From: Paramoeba atlantica
Taxonomy: Eukaryota; Protista; Discosea
Assembly: GCA_977017575.1 (NCBI GenBank)
Contig: CDRNVI010000049.1
Coordinates: forward strand, 445,917 to 509,916
DNA: 64,000 bases
Direction of reading: 5' to 3'
A program made the position numbers and the translations under genes. The notes under the pieces were generated by a model. That model had not been told where the DNA came from and did not search any database. It was given only the letters and a program-made list of their open reading frames with translations. Below, one piece after another: positions 10,550 to 20,025 of this stretch. Numbering within the stretch: position 1 is the first letter of the stretch; every line of letters begins with the position of its first letter.

Positions 10550-11227
10550 ATGTCCGAAGGTCAGACCCCTAACGCCACCCTCACCCAGCAGCTTTCTGAA
10601 AACACCTTGATGATGAAGAAAGTGGAGGAGCATTTAGACCGGGTACAAATCAACGAGGTGAGACTGGCGACCCTGGAAGGCGCGGTGGAGCGCGTGGCGG
10701 TTCAGACCACCGAAGCTATGAAGCTGGCGATGCGCCCGGTTTCGTCGGGTTCAGGGGGCGGCAGGGCGCCGGTTCGCCGGAGGTGTCAGAGGCAAGTTCC
10801 GCGCCCTTATGCGAAAACTCTGGTGCAGGTACCAGAGCTTCCTAGAGCTTCCGAAAGTTCACGGACACTCTCCTCAAGCTCTCCTCAAGTCGACCCCCCG
10901 TCTCCTCCAGTGTCTCCTCAAATCAGCCCTCCGTCTCCTCTGATGTCTCTTCAAGCCAACTCCCCAGCTTGTCGGGTGCAGAGCGGCTCGCCGAGATCAT
11001 CACCTCTCCGTGCCGAAAAAACTTCGTCACGTATTCAGGCTCACACGCAAAATCCACAAGCGTTGTTTCACGCCGAGGAAAATCAAACGCAGTCGCCACA
11101 AACCTACTCTGCACCTCACGTGTTCTCCATACTCCACAATACGGCGAACCTATTCACGTGCTTCCGGGAGTATTACGGAAGTGACGTAGATGATTTTAAT
11201 GACCGTGTCAGTTTGCGCAGCTGTTAG
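10550..11227 (+). CDS. TE-associated coiled-coil/Ser-Pro-rich ORF ending in the Merlin transposase C-terminal peptide
   Basis: 225-aa ATG ORF antisense to host genes. The end (TANLFTCFREYYGSDV) comes from a 49-bp repeat shared with 9381-9429. Confidence 0.4.
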   Translation: MSEGQTPNATLTQQLSENTLMMKKVEEHLDRVQINEVRLATLEGAVERVAVQTTEAMKLAMRPVSSGSGGGRAPVRRRCQRQVPRPYAKTLVQVPELPRASESSRTLSSSSPQVDPPSPPVSPQISPPSPLMSLQANSPACRVQSGSPRSSPLRAEKTSSRIQAHTQNPQALFHAEENQTQSPQTYSAPHVFSILHNTANLFTCFREYYGSDVDDFNDRVSLRSC

Positions 11228-11889
11228 CAGTAGCTGTTAAAACATTTTTTATAAAGTGAGTTCCTAAAAAACGTATCCATCCATTCACGAGTTGCGCGTG
11301 GAATTAGAACGATGTAGCATCCCGTCCATAGGAAAAGAAACGAAGAGAATCTAAGGGTAACAAAATGACAATGAAGAGAGGCCAGCACAGCTAAGTTCGT
11401 GATCTTCTAGCTACCAGCTTTCGTTGCGGAAAAATGTCTACATTTTTCTTTCACGAGCAACGAAACCAGTATCCTTATGCTGCCCCCACACGATCAGAGC
11501 AGTCAAAAAAAACAGAGCAGATGATTAATGAATTCTGTGACCAAAAGGTGCTATGATTCCTTCCAACAAGCTTGACATTCTTTGTCATACTACTTTTCCC
11601 AGTAAAGAGAACGTTCCTCCCGACTTCCATGCTATCTCCAAAAATAGGAGTACGTAAAGTTCAGTACATACTCCTAATTATGGTACGAGCGAAGTTTCCT
11701 TCTCAAGCTACTCGATTTTGAATTCGTGTGCCTGTCCTAGACTCATCACTACGTAACGTTCTGGTTCATGTACGGGGACATATTGCGGTGTAAGATAGTT
11801 TCATTGGACACGCCCCCCAAGTGTACAAGGACAACATAAGAAATTTGAAGAATCGACTATGTGAACTTCTAAATACAGACCCCACACTT

Positions 11890-12879
11890 TTACTCTGTAC
11901 GTCCTACGGAACACGCACGAACACTCCGTGGTGGGATCCACACAGAGCCGTCTTTTTCCTGGGACACAAGTTCAAACACCAACACCCCTCCATTCGAGAG
12001 CTTCCTCTCCGTCCAACACACCTTTCTCTGCTCCTTTAACGGAATAAACAAACGTAGCAACATTTTTAACCACGCGGAGTGTCCCGCAATGTAGACCACC
12101 TCACGGGGTTGGTCACACGAGAGCGCCCAATAGGCGAATCGACGGACCCGGGCCCACCCGGGTTCCGCTATTCCCTTATTCCCGGCGTGATACTTCATGT
12201 CCCACCCCCCCGCGTAGGAGAGAAAACCGAAAGGGTCGAACCCCAGCACTTTACGGTTCGTCGCGTGGGGTTGGGGTAAACGAAGTGTGGAGAAGGTGTC
12301 GATGTTTCGTGAGATTTCTTGTAAATCGGAGTGAATCCATATGGGCTGGTGATTCACTGGGTTCAGCGCGGTGAAACTGTACTGCGCGGTCTCCAGCGCC
12401 CGCTGTAGATTGGAGGAGAGAAGTAAATAGGAGTGGGAGTGGTGAAACCCGAGATGCTCGAGTTGGGCTCCCGCGGCTGTGGCTTGTTGTCGTCCGTGCG
12501 CACTCAGCGGGCTGTCTAAAAAGGCGCGAGGGATGACGGAGAGGATAATGCGTGCCGATTCTTGACAGGCGAATCGGAAGGCTCGAAATAAGGATACGGG
12601 ATGAATCCGGTCAAAGCAGCTGTTCCAGATCGATTCACCATGGCGTATGAAGACAATCGTTACCGTTCGGCGGCGGTTTCCTCGCGGCGACCGCTTGCGA
12701 AGTTTGATGTCTTCAATGGGGGCAAATTCACGACAGTTTGTAAAATAGTGTGCCGCGTAAAAGTAGTGAGGTAAATCACGAAGGAAGCATGATTTGTGGT
12801 AATAGCACAGAAGGAGGGCTAAAGCAACGGCAAAAAATGCGCACCACGACACATAGAGGAAGTTCGATTCACCAGTCAT
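11890..12879 (-). CDS. Histidine phosphatase / phosphoglycerate-mutase-family protein with N-terminal TM segment
   Basis: VFIRHGES catalytic motif, DSPLSAHGRQQA, LSSNLQRALETA and YIAGHS. Confidence 0.9.
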   Translation of the reverse strand: MTGESNFLYVSWCAFFAVALALLLCYYHKSCFLRDLPHYFYAAHYFTNCREFAPIEDIKLRKRSPRGNRRRTVTIVFIRHGESIWNSCFDRIHPVSLFRAFRFACQESARIILSVIPRAFLDSPLSAHGRQQATAAGAQLEHLGFHHSHSYLLLSSNLQRALETAQYSFTALNPVNHQPIWIHSDLQEISRNIDTFSTLRLPQPHATNRKVLGFDPFGFLSYAGGWDMKYHAGNKGIAEPGWARVRRFAYWALSCDQPREVVYIAGHSAWLKMLLRLFIPLKEQRKVCWTERKLSNGGVLVFELVSQEKDGSVWIPPRSVRACSVGRTE

Positions 12880-13068
12880 TAGATTTCGGAGCAGAATCCC
12901 ACAAGGGGCTCAAAAATACGGCTGCATCATAAGTTTCTGAACCTTGCTTTACAGTAGAATGGTAGGAAATATAAAGTCCAAAAGTTTTGCAAAAAATATT
13001 GTTTTGCAAAGCTCTCCATGTACGTAAATTCTTATTATTTTGATTTTCCCGGCGGGTGTAGATTCATT

Positions 13069-14781
13069 TCATAAAGTCAAGTTTAGAATGCGATTCGTCG
13101 CTGAACGTTCCAGGGTCTCCTTGTTCAATTTTTTCCGGTATAATACGCTATAATGCCCTGTTGACTCCTCAAATGGAAAAAAGGTATGAAACCAACGTCC
13201 AACCTCGACATATTTATTGTCGTGCAGAAAATCCATCATTTTCATGCTCAAATCATCATAAAGAAGTACAAAATCTGGAAACGTTGCGGTACGATTTTCT
13301 CTCAATCGGACCAATTGGAGCTGCTGTTGTATGTGTTCATCGTTTGAACTAATATTAGCGTAATTCCACAACAAGAACTCTCTTGGGTATTTCATAAATA
13401 TTGCGTGTGGGGTAGGAGGTTTCTCCTTCCCATTTTCCGAGAGATACAGCGGACACTGTATCGTATTCAACGTGTGGATCTTACCATGAAGATGGGAATA
13501 TCCCGGAGTTTGATGACATCCCATCCATATGTCAAGAGAAAGTCTCTCTTTGCCGTTTTGCGCCCCCCTCATGGTTTCAGGTAATCCTCGTAGGTATGTA
13601 AAGGCTGCAAGGTTTCCTCTCTGATGTAAATAACCCAGTGTAACAAAGAGTCCCAAGTTCAATATGACATAGAGGGGAAGAGCGCCTCGGTGAATACATT
13701 TCGGTATCCATGGTTTACCTTTTTCACCGCATTCCATAAGCGAGATGGAACAAAGACTAATAGCAATCGGAAGAATTGGGTACAGAAAGCGAACCTCCTT
13801 GTGAGGAAGCAAGGAATAGGCTAAGATCGTCCATAACACGGACAACGATAAAATCGCTTTCTTGGATTGCAACCGCTGTCCTTCTGATAAACCAACCACA
13901 ACACTTTGCAGTAAAATCGGATACAAGGGGCCCAGAAGTATAAACAGGCCGTGTGTGAGGTACCATGTAAAAGGGTGAGTGCCGAATATAGCCGATTGAC
14001 CTTGGAACACATTAAAAAGAAGAAATTGGAGGGGAGTGCACGTGAGCTCACCGTAAAACAGTGAGTCTAACACGGTGAGTACTGCGAGGCAAACAAGACC
14101 AATAACAAAGGTACGGATGGCACGAGCTTTGGAGGATAACGTACATAAGCAAATTACAGGGATCCAGTACAGGATACTCGTTACTCGGAGTGCAGTGGCA
14201 ATTCCTACGGTGACGATGAAATGAAGAAAAGCAGAGTCTTTCTGAATGTACATGGCACTTTTAATTGTATGCTGACGAACGTTGAAAGAAATTTTGGTAC
14301 AAAAAATTGCCGCCCAAGTGGTTAATAAGGCCTCTATGGAATTCACCAAAGTTCGGCAACCGTGAAATGGATGACTCCAAGTAAACAACAGTAACTTAAG
14401 AGCAAGAGTTTTTGCTACTTTAACTTTTTTCATTGAGTGAATGTGCTCTGCATCCCGGCATTCTACGCGTGCCAATTCAGATGTTAGTTTTATTACCGCA
14501 ACATCCAACAAAGCGCAAAATAAGCCTTGCAAAACGCGTGGCGAAAGAAACATTACCGTAGGTGTATCAATACCAAGCCCTCGAATCACATAAAATAACA
14601 GACTATAAATTTGGGCGTGCAAGCAGGATCGTAAGCCGGTCTTCCATTCCCAAGTAAGATCCCCTTTACCATATACTTCAAAGTAGGCAACTTCAATGGA
14701 TTGCCAGTACTCATCTGGTACGTAAGATGTTGCTATACTGCACGCAATGAAAACACGTAGTAATGCGAACAGAAGGAACAT
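13069..14781 (-). CDS. PIGB: GPI mannosyltransferase 3 (PIG-B/Gpi10)
   Basis: YVPDEYWQSIEVA, GDLTWEW...LRS, LPHKEVRFLYP and WMGCHQTPGYSHLH motifs, multiple TM segments, no introns. Confidence 0.95.
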   Translation of the reverse strand: MFLLFALLRVFIACSIATSYVPDEYWQSIEVAYFEVYGKGDLTWEWKTGLRSCLHAQIYSLLFYVIRGLGIDTPTVMFLSPRVLQGLFCALLDVAVIKLTSELARVECRDAEHIHSMKKVKVAKTLALKLLLFTWSHPFHGCRTLVNSIEALLTTWAAIFCTKISFNVRQHTIKSAMYIQKDSAFLHFIVTVGIATALRVTSILYWIPVICLCTLSSKARAIRTFVIGLVCLAVLTVLDSLFYGELTCTPLQFLLFNVFQGQSAIFGTHPFTWYLTHGLFILLGPLYPILLQSVVVGLSEGQRLQSKKAILSLSVLWTILAYSLLPHKEVRFLYPILPIAISLCSISLMECGEKGKPWIPKCIHRGALPLYVILNLGLFVTLGYLHQRGNLAAFTYLRGLPETMRGAQNGKERLSLDIWMGCHQTPGYSHLHGKIHTLNTIQCPLYLSENGKEKPPTPHAIFMKYPREFLLWNYANISSNDEHIQQQLQLVRLRENRTATFPDFVLLYDDLSMKMMDFLHDNKYVEVGRWFHTFFPFEESTGHYSVLYRKKLNKETLERSATNRILNLTL

Positions 14782-14992
14782 GATATAAGCTTGCCTTGGT
14801 CAGTTAATGTTGCTAGCTTGATTGGAACAAAATCTCTACTCGTTCACCAAAACATCTCAATCAATACTTGCGACTAAAATCCCTTGAGAGATTCTACTTA
14901 AACAGCTTCTACTTAAATAGCTTGTTACATTTGTAACAAATGATCGCAATGTAAATTTAATGAGCTTCACAAGATACAAAAGAGCTTAACGT

Positions 14993-14997
<5 letters not shown>

Positions 14998-15024
<27 letters not shown>
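14998..15024. repeat. (GA)n microsatellite
   Basis: Pure GA run flanked by a repeated AGAGCTTAACGTA. Confidence 0.9.
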
Positions 15025-15029
<5 letters not shown>

Positions 15030-15246
15030 ACGTATTCTTTTTTTAGATTTCAAAATTGAGACAGCCACATGCACTGGCTCGTTAATCTAAGCTATTTAAT
15101 TTAAGGAATCAAAAACCAAACTCGGAAAAAAGAAATTATAAAAAAAACTCGTAACTATTTAAGAAACAGTTCGCTAAAGAAACAAATTCACACTATTCTA
15201 GAATTTCTACACTACTAATTTATTTCTTTTAAATAAACATTTTTTT

Positions 15247-17130
15247 TCACACTACTATTTTATTATCAATCATTATTATATTGGTGCCTCCCACATAGGC
15301 TCTTAATGATTGAGGGTGAAGAGTCGTGTCGAATTCACCATACAAATCAGTATTACTATTTAAGTCAAGTCTACGCAGGTGTTTTGGAAGGAAATCAAAC
15401 AACACCAGACCACTAAATAGGTTTATCTGACATTCGAAGGCGTGGAGAGATGGGGGTAGGTGCTGTAAGTCAAGTGGTCCAGTGAAAAAGTTTTGCGCTA
15501 TATTTAGATTTTCCATTCTCCTCGGTAAGCGACTAAGGACAACCTCCCCAGAAAGCTCATTTGAATGAATATCTAAAAGTGTCAAAGTTGAAGGCAATTC
15601 GGAGAGATCCACGTTTTGAACGAATTTGTTACTGTTCAAAGGTTATGATCATACGCTCGTGGCGCAGAGATACGTCTCTCTGTGTGACGGCCGATACCAT
15701 CAGCGCATGACCCGCATACGACGGGTGTCACACAGAGAGTGGAGTGCGAGGTAGGAGACGAGTCGCCCATCGGTCATGCTACAGCACGTATAGCCATGGT
15801 TCATGCTGCAACACGGTCAAGCCGTGGGTTCATGCTGTCAGATGGTCTATCGTGGATCATGATGCATCATGGGGAGGTCCGTTACCGCCGCACTCGCTAC
15901 AGCATGTAGGGAGAGAGGGGTGCAAGTTCGCATCCCCTATACACGCATACAACGTGCCCTCCCGCTGTAGCACGCCCAGTGGTCCTCAAGGGAGGCCACC
16001 ATGGCGCATAGCTCCCGGGAGAAGAAAGCACGAGAAGTAGAGAGCCGGGGAGGGAAGAAAGCTCACTCGAAGAGAGCGAGCCGGGGAGGGGTGAAGAGTT
16101 TTGATGTTCATGCGCTCGTTGGCGCAGAGATACAGCCCTTGATGCGACAGCCGATATCATCGGCACAATCCGTATTGACGGATGTCGCACCAAGGGGGTT
16201 TAGCTCGGACTCTGTCGGTAGAGGGGGTCCAGGCAACTCGCCCTCTCTTTACGCAGCCGGAGGGGCGCACTGCAACCGACTCGGTCCCAGTCGGTAGAGG
16301 TGGTCCAGGCAACTCACCACCTCTTTGCGCAGCCGGAGGGGCGCACTGCAACCGACCGCTGCCTCGCGATAATGCGAGGCAGAGCCACGCCCAGTGGTCC
16401 TCAAGGGAGGCCACCATGGCGCATGGCTCCCCGGGAAGAAAAGGGCGCGAAGGGAAGAAAGCCGGGGAGGGAAGAAAACCCACTCAAGGAGTGAGCCGGG
16501 GAGGGGTGATGGGGTGGAAGCGCGTCCCCTACTTCGCCGAGAAAGAGGGACAGTTTCGGCCTTAGTGCCGGCCGGCAACGGGCATATAAAACAGTAAGAT
16601 TATGCCCGTTGCCGGGGAAAGAAAAGATGAACTAAAGGGAAAATGTACCAACAAGGTACAGAAACTGTATCTTTATTGCGAAGTGCCACCATTGCGTCAG
16701 GTAAATGCGATAAATTCATTTTTCCTGACAGTTCGTTGCTAGATATGTCAATTGCCTTCATCTCGGATGGCAATACATCGAGTGGTACACTTCCGGTAAG
16801 TTCGTTTCGCCATGCCCTAAATTCGCGTGTTGTGTCGCATAAATATTTCCATTGCAAGGATCCCCCAAGTTTCCTGTAACTCCAACGAATATACCTTACT
16901 TGTGAATTATAACAGCTCACGCCGGTCCAATCGCAAGCAGGTGTCGACGAAGTCCAGGATGGATCCCAATTTGAAATGTTCTCGACAAATCGTACAAGTT
17001 CATATTCCTGCGGTAAGTTCGCTCCCCGAACTTTACTCGGACGGTTCCCTACTGCATTGTGCTTATAGTCATCCGCTGCGTCGCAACACGAGGACAAAAG
17101 ACAGAGCGTCGAAAACATGACAGAAGACAT
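15247..17130 (-). pseudogene. Leucine-rich-repeat protein gene split by a ~1-kb insertion
   Basis: The 5' part (17130 to ~16681) has a signal-peptide-like start, a PACDWTGVSC cap and LRRs. The 3' part (15639-15247) continues the same LP.sL..l.i..N.lsG repeats. The insertion is 15645-16680. Confidence 0.85.
15645..16680 (-). repeat. SL-exon-headed GC-rich structured repeat, copy 2 (internally duplicated)
   Basis: Minus strand starts CGCAATAAAGATACAGTTTCTGTACCTTGTTG|GTAC (16680-16645). Two tandem sub-units (about 16105-16680 and 15645-16100) share terminal modules. Confidence 0.8.
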
Positions 17131-17346
17131 ATAAAAGACTACTAATAGGACGATCGTGTTTTTCCCTGTTGCATCAGCAACAGTAATGTTAAAATTCTTT
17201 TTTAGCCACTACGTTACACTCGGCGGTTGTCTTCAACTTAAAAGTCACTCATGCTGAGCATGGAGTAGCAAAAGTAGAAAACAAAAGTGTGGGCGGAGGG
17301 AAAAGTATAAACAGTGCCCACCACTGTATATAGCGTATATACACAT

Positions 17347-17415
17347 GAGGGGCTGCGGGTCGCGGGTTCGGCGCGGGTTCGGTGCGGGTTCGATGATGCA
17401 TACCCGCAGCCCCTC
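17347..17415. mobile_element. Mini TIR element, GAGGGGCTGCGGGT family
   Basis: Perfect 14-bp TIR, internal GCGGGTTCGG x3, ACAT on both flanks. Related ends at about 18936-18968 and 32613-32626. Confidence 0.65.
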
Positions 17416-17559
17416 ACATGTATAAAGCGTATTTATAATAATACATTAGAAAATACCTCCGTGATCATCCCAAAATTGAGATGAAAAAAGTCTAAAAAAA
17501 TTCCTACAGAAAAAAAAATAACGTAATTCTCGTAAAAAAAAAGGATTGACACCATTATT

Positions 17560-17800
17560 TCTAAGAATCCAGCGGGGCCTCTATTACCCACGAAGTATAC
17601 ATAGACACATGAAAACATGTTTACTTCCCCCGCAAAAAAATATTTCAAGATGGTGCCACCTCTCATATGGCCAAGGCCACCATAAATTACCTGAACAAAC
17701 GAAAAATTAATCTACTAAAAAATTGGCCCCAAATTCTCCCGATCTTTCTCCCATTGAAAACATATGGTCAAAGGTGCAACAAGACGTAAATGAAAAGCTA
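17560..17800 (+). pseudogene. Tc1-like transposase fragment (DD35E type, like 33171-34201)
   Basis: FQDGATSHMAKATINYLNKRKINLLKNWP / NSPDLSPIENIWSKVQQDV across one frameshift. Confidence 0.75.
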
Positions 17801-17829
17801 CCATCTACAGTGCATCTAGCTACCATCTA

Positions 17830-18141
17830 CAGTGCGTGGTGTTATTATGGGACGGGTTAATTACGGGACGGGTTAATGACGGGACGGGTATTTAAGGGAC
17901 AATATGGGGGTGGGGTCGTACCTTTGAAATGGGACAAGAGAAAGGACAAATCCTTTTAGGATTTTAGGTTCTAAAACGTATTTATAAGGTAAGATAATTA
18001 AAGGAAGATAATTGAAAGAAAAAGGTATAGTAGAGCCTCAGAAAAAAATGGAAAATTAAGGGACGGTTAAGTACGGGACACTTTGGCCTTGATGGGGCGG
18101 TGTCCCCTAATTAACCCGTCCCGTAATAAAGCCCCACACTG
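17830..18141. mobile_element. MITE with CAGTG termini and TA TSD
   Basis: TA-CAGTG...TTATTATGGGACGGGTTAA at left and TTAACCCGTCCCGTAATAAAG...CACTG-TA at right. Confidence 0.65.
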
Positions 18142-18982
18142 TACATCATATTACGGTATTCCTCCTTGTGTTTTAACTGTTTTTCTTCACTTATATTTCA
18201 ATAAGCAGGGGTAGAGCGGTAGTTATATTGTATGCCTACAATGTATGTAATATGACTACTGTATGTAATAATACAACCTAAATAACTGAATAATACAACC
18301 ACCGCAACTTCCCTATTTCGCACCCTGGATTCAATTGGTAGTATTTTCCTACATGACTAATTAGTGTAGTAAAAATTTTTTGGTCGTTTCGTTAAACGAC
18401 TTCTTTTCAAGCAGTCGCCGGTGCTGTGCAAGTGTAACAGTTTTCGTGCCCCCCCCCCAACTCCTTGTACATTTTTCATACAGGCTTGTGCTGCGACTTA
18501 TGCAAGTTCGTCAAAGAACAAATGAAAGTAGACTTTTTATTGCAATTTTACTTACCGTCACCCCCCCTCACCTGTCCTCCTAGGTGACATATCCTCTTTG
18601 TACAATCGATGAGAGGATATGTCACCTAGTACCAAGATACGAAAGCGAGGACAAGTCAGGGGCAATGACGATACAAAGATCACTATTTATTTAAGATTGA
18701 TTATTTACATTCATTTCATTACTCAAATTAAGTTAAACGGGGATCCAGTTTAGCATACTTGTGACCTCGTATCATACCGGGGGGGGTATGGTATCACACT
18801 CGAAGTCCGTACTATGTGACTTGTCCTCCTAGGCATAGCTACAATAATAATTTTTGTAATAATAATTATTAATAATTATTATTATTCAAAAAATCAAATT
18901 ATTAATATTATTAATAATTCAATATGCATTCACACGAGGGGCTGCGAGTGACACATGAGGAGCCCCTCGCATGTAGACATAT

Positions 18983-19038
18983 GGTCGGCGTCATTTGCAG
19001 CAGTATGATGGCAGCACCAGGGAAGACCGCGAGGAGAT
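18983..19038 (-). ncRNA. 5'-truncated HDV-like ribozyme copy
   Basis: AUC-UCCUCGC-GGU-CUUCCCU-GG...GACG-CCGACC matches the 3' two-thirds of the 19469-19541 copy. The P1 and P2 5' strands are absent. Confidence 0.55.
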
Positions 19039-19332
19039 CCAGAAAGCTCATTCTCGTTGCGACACATCATACAAATACAGAGTTTGGCATTTCCCGGCCC
19101 TCGATATCAGCACTCCACAAGGAGTTGTTGTTGGTACAGCACATTTACCTGCGTCAGGCGTAGGCTCCTACTTCCCGCGTAGGTTGAGGTGCATATAATG
19201 ATGCTCGAAGCATCAGCATCGACTCCATAAGGAGATCCCCATCAATGGTCCTTTTCGGCATGAAAATATTGTTTGACACAAAATTAAGGGCGAGAAATCT
19301 GAGTGTAAAAGCCCAATAATAATTTATTAATA

Positions 19333-19891
19333 CTGTGCCCCCCCCACTTATTTGTCACCCCTTTTTCGAAAAAAGGACAAATAAGTAGGGGGGATGGAGC
19401 TATCACAATTAAGTGGGGGGGTCACAGTTCTTGCATACTTCAAAAATATCTGCTTACGAATGTTCTTAGGTCAGCGTTAGTACCATCAGTAAGATAGCAG
19501 TGCCAGGGAAGACCACGAGGAGGTCCCGACCTTACTTCCCCATTTTGGGTTGCGCCCAGAAGCAAGCCCACTTTAATTTTGCAATAGTCAAAACTTTGCG
19601 ATAGAGAAAAAAGGTTATGGTAGTAGTATCATACATGAAGCGAGTACGGTACTCGTGTACTCACCCGAGTAAGCACAGCGAGTAATTACTCGGAGTACCG
19701 TACTCGCTGTACTCGCTTCCAGCAGGTATGCACTCGCTATACAAGTGAGTTTGGAACAAGTGACGTTATGTTAAGAAATTTCTGGTCGAGAAATTGCTGG
19801 TCGAGGAGGATGTGGGATGTGATAAGGGATGGAATGCGGCGCCGAATCCACTAGGCTTCGTCGAAAAGGACAAATAAGTGGGGGGGCACAG
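19333..19891. mobile_element. MITE (CTGTGCCCCCCCACTTATTTGTC TIR, TA TSD) containing an HDV-like ribozyme
   Basis: About 23-bp TIRs at 19333 and 19891, with TA on both sides. Confidence 0.85.
19469..19541 (-). ncRNA. HDV-like self-cleaving ribozyme fold
   Basis: P1 GGGGAAG/CUUCCCU with G1-U wobble, P2 GGUCGG/CUGACC, P3 ACC/GGU, L3 UCCUCGU, GG for P1.1, P4 UGCUAUC/GAUGGUA, J4/2 CUAA. Confidence 0.8.
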
Positions 19892-20025
19892 TAATTTATT
19901 AATAATTTATTAATAATCTATTAATAATAATTATTATTACCGAACTGAATTATTAATAATCCTGCAGCTATGCTCCTAGGTGACGTATCCGCTTTGGGCC
20001 GCTTTTTTCCACTTTTGCGAGGATA

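Noticed and set aside
15744-16597. Overlapping 60-130-aa ORFs in the GC-rich repeat (also 9967-10380)
   Set aside because: They are open on both strands because of high GC, are not conserved in frame between copies, and are better explained as RNA structure.
19100-19262. Tyrosine-recombinase (VIPER/TATE-like) fragment from TREVGSLRLTQV
   Set aside because: One weak motif in a ~50-codon frame, with no other catalytic residues.
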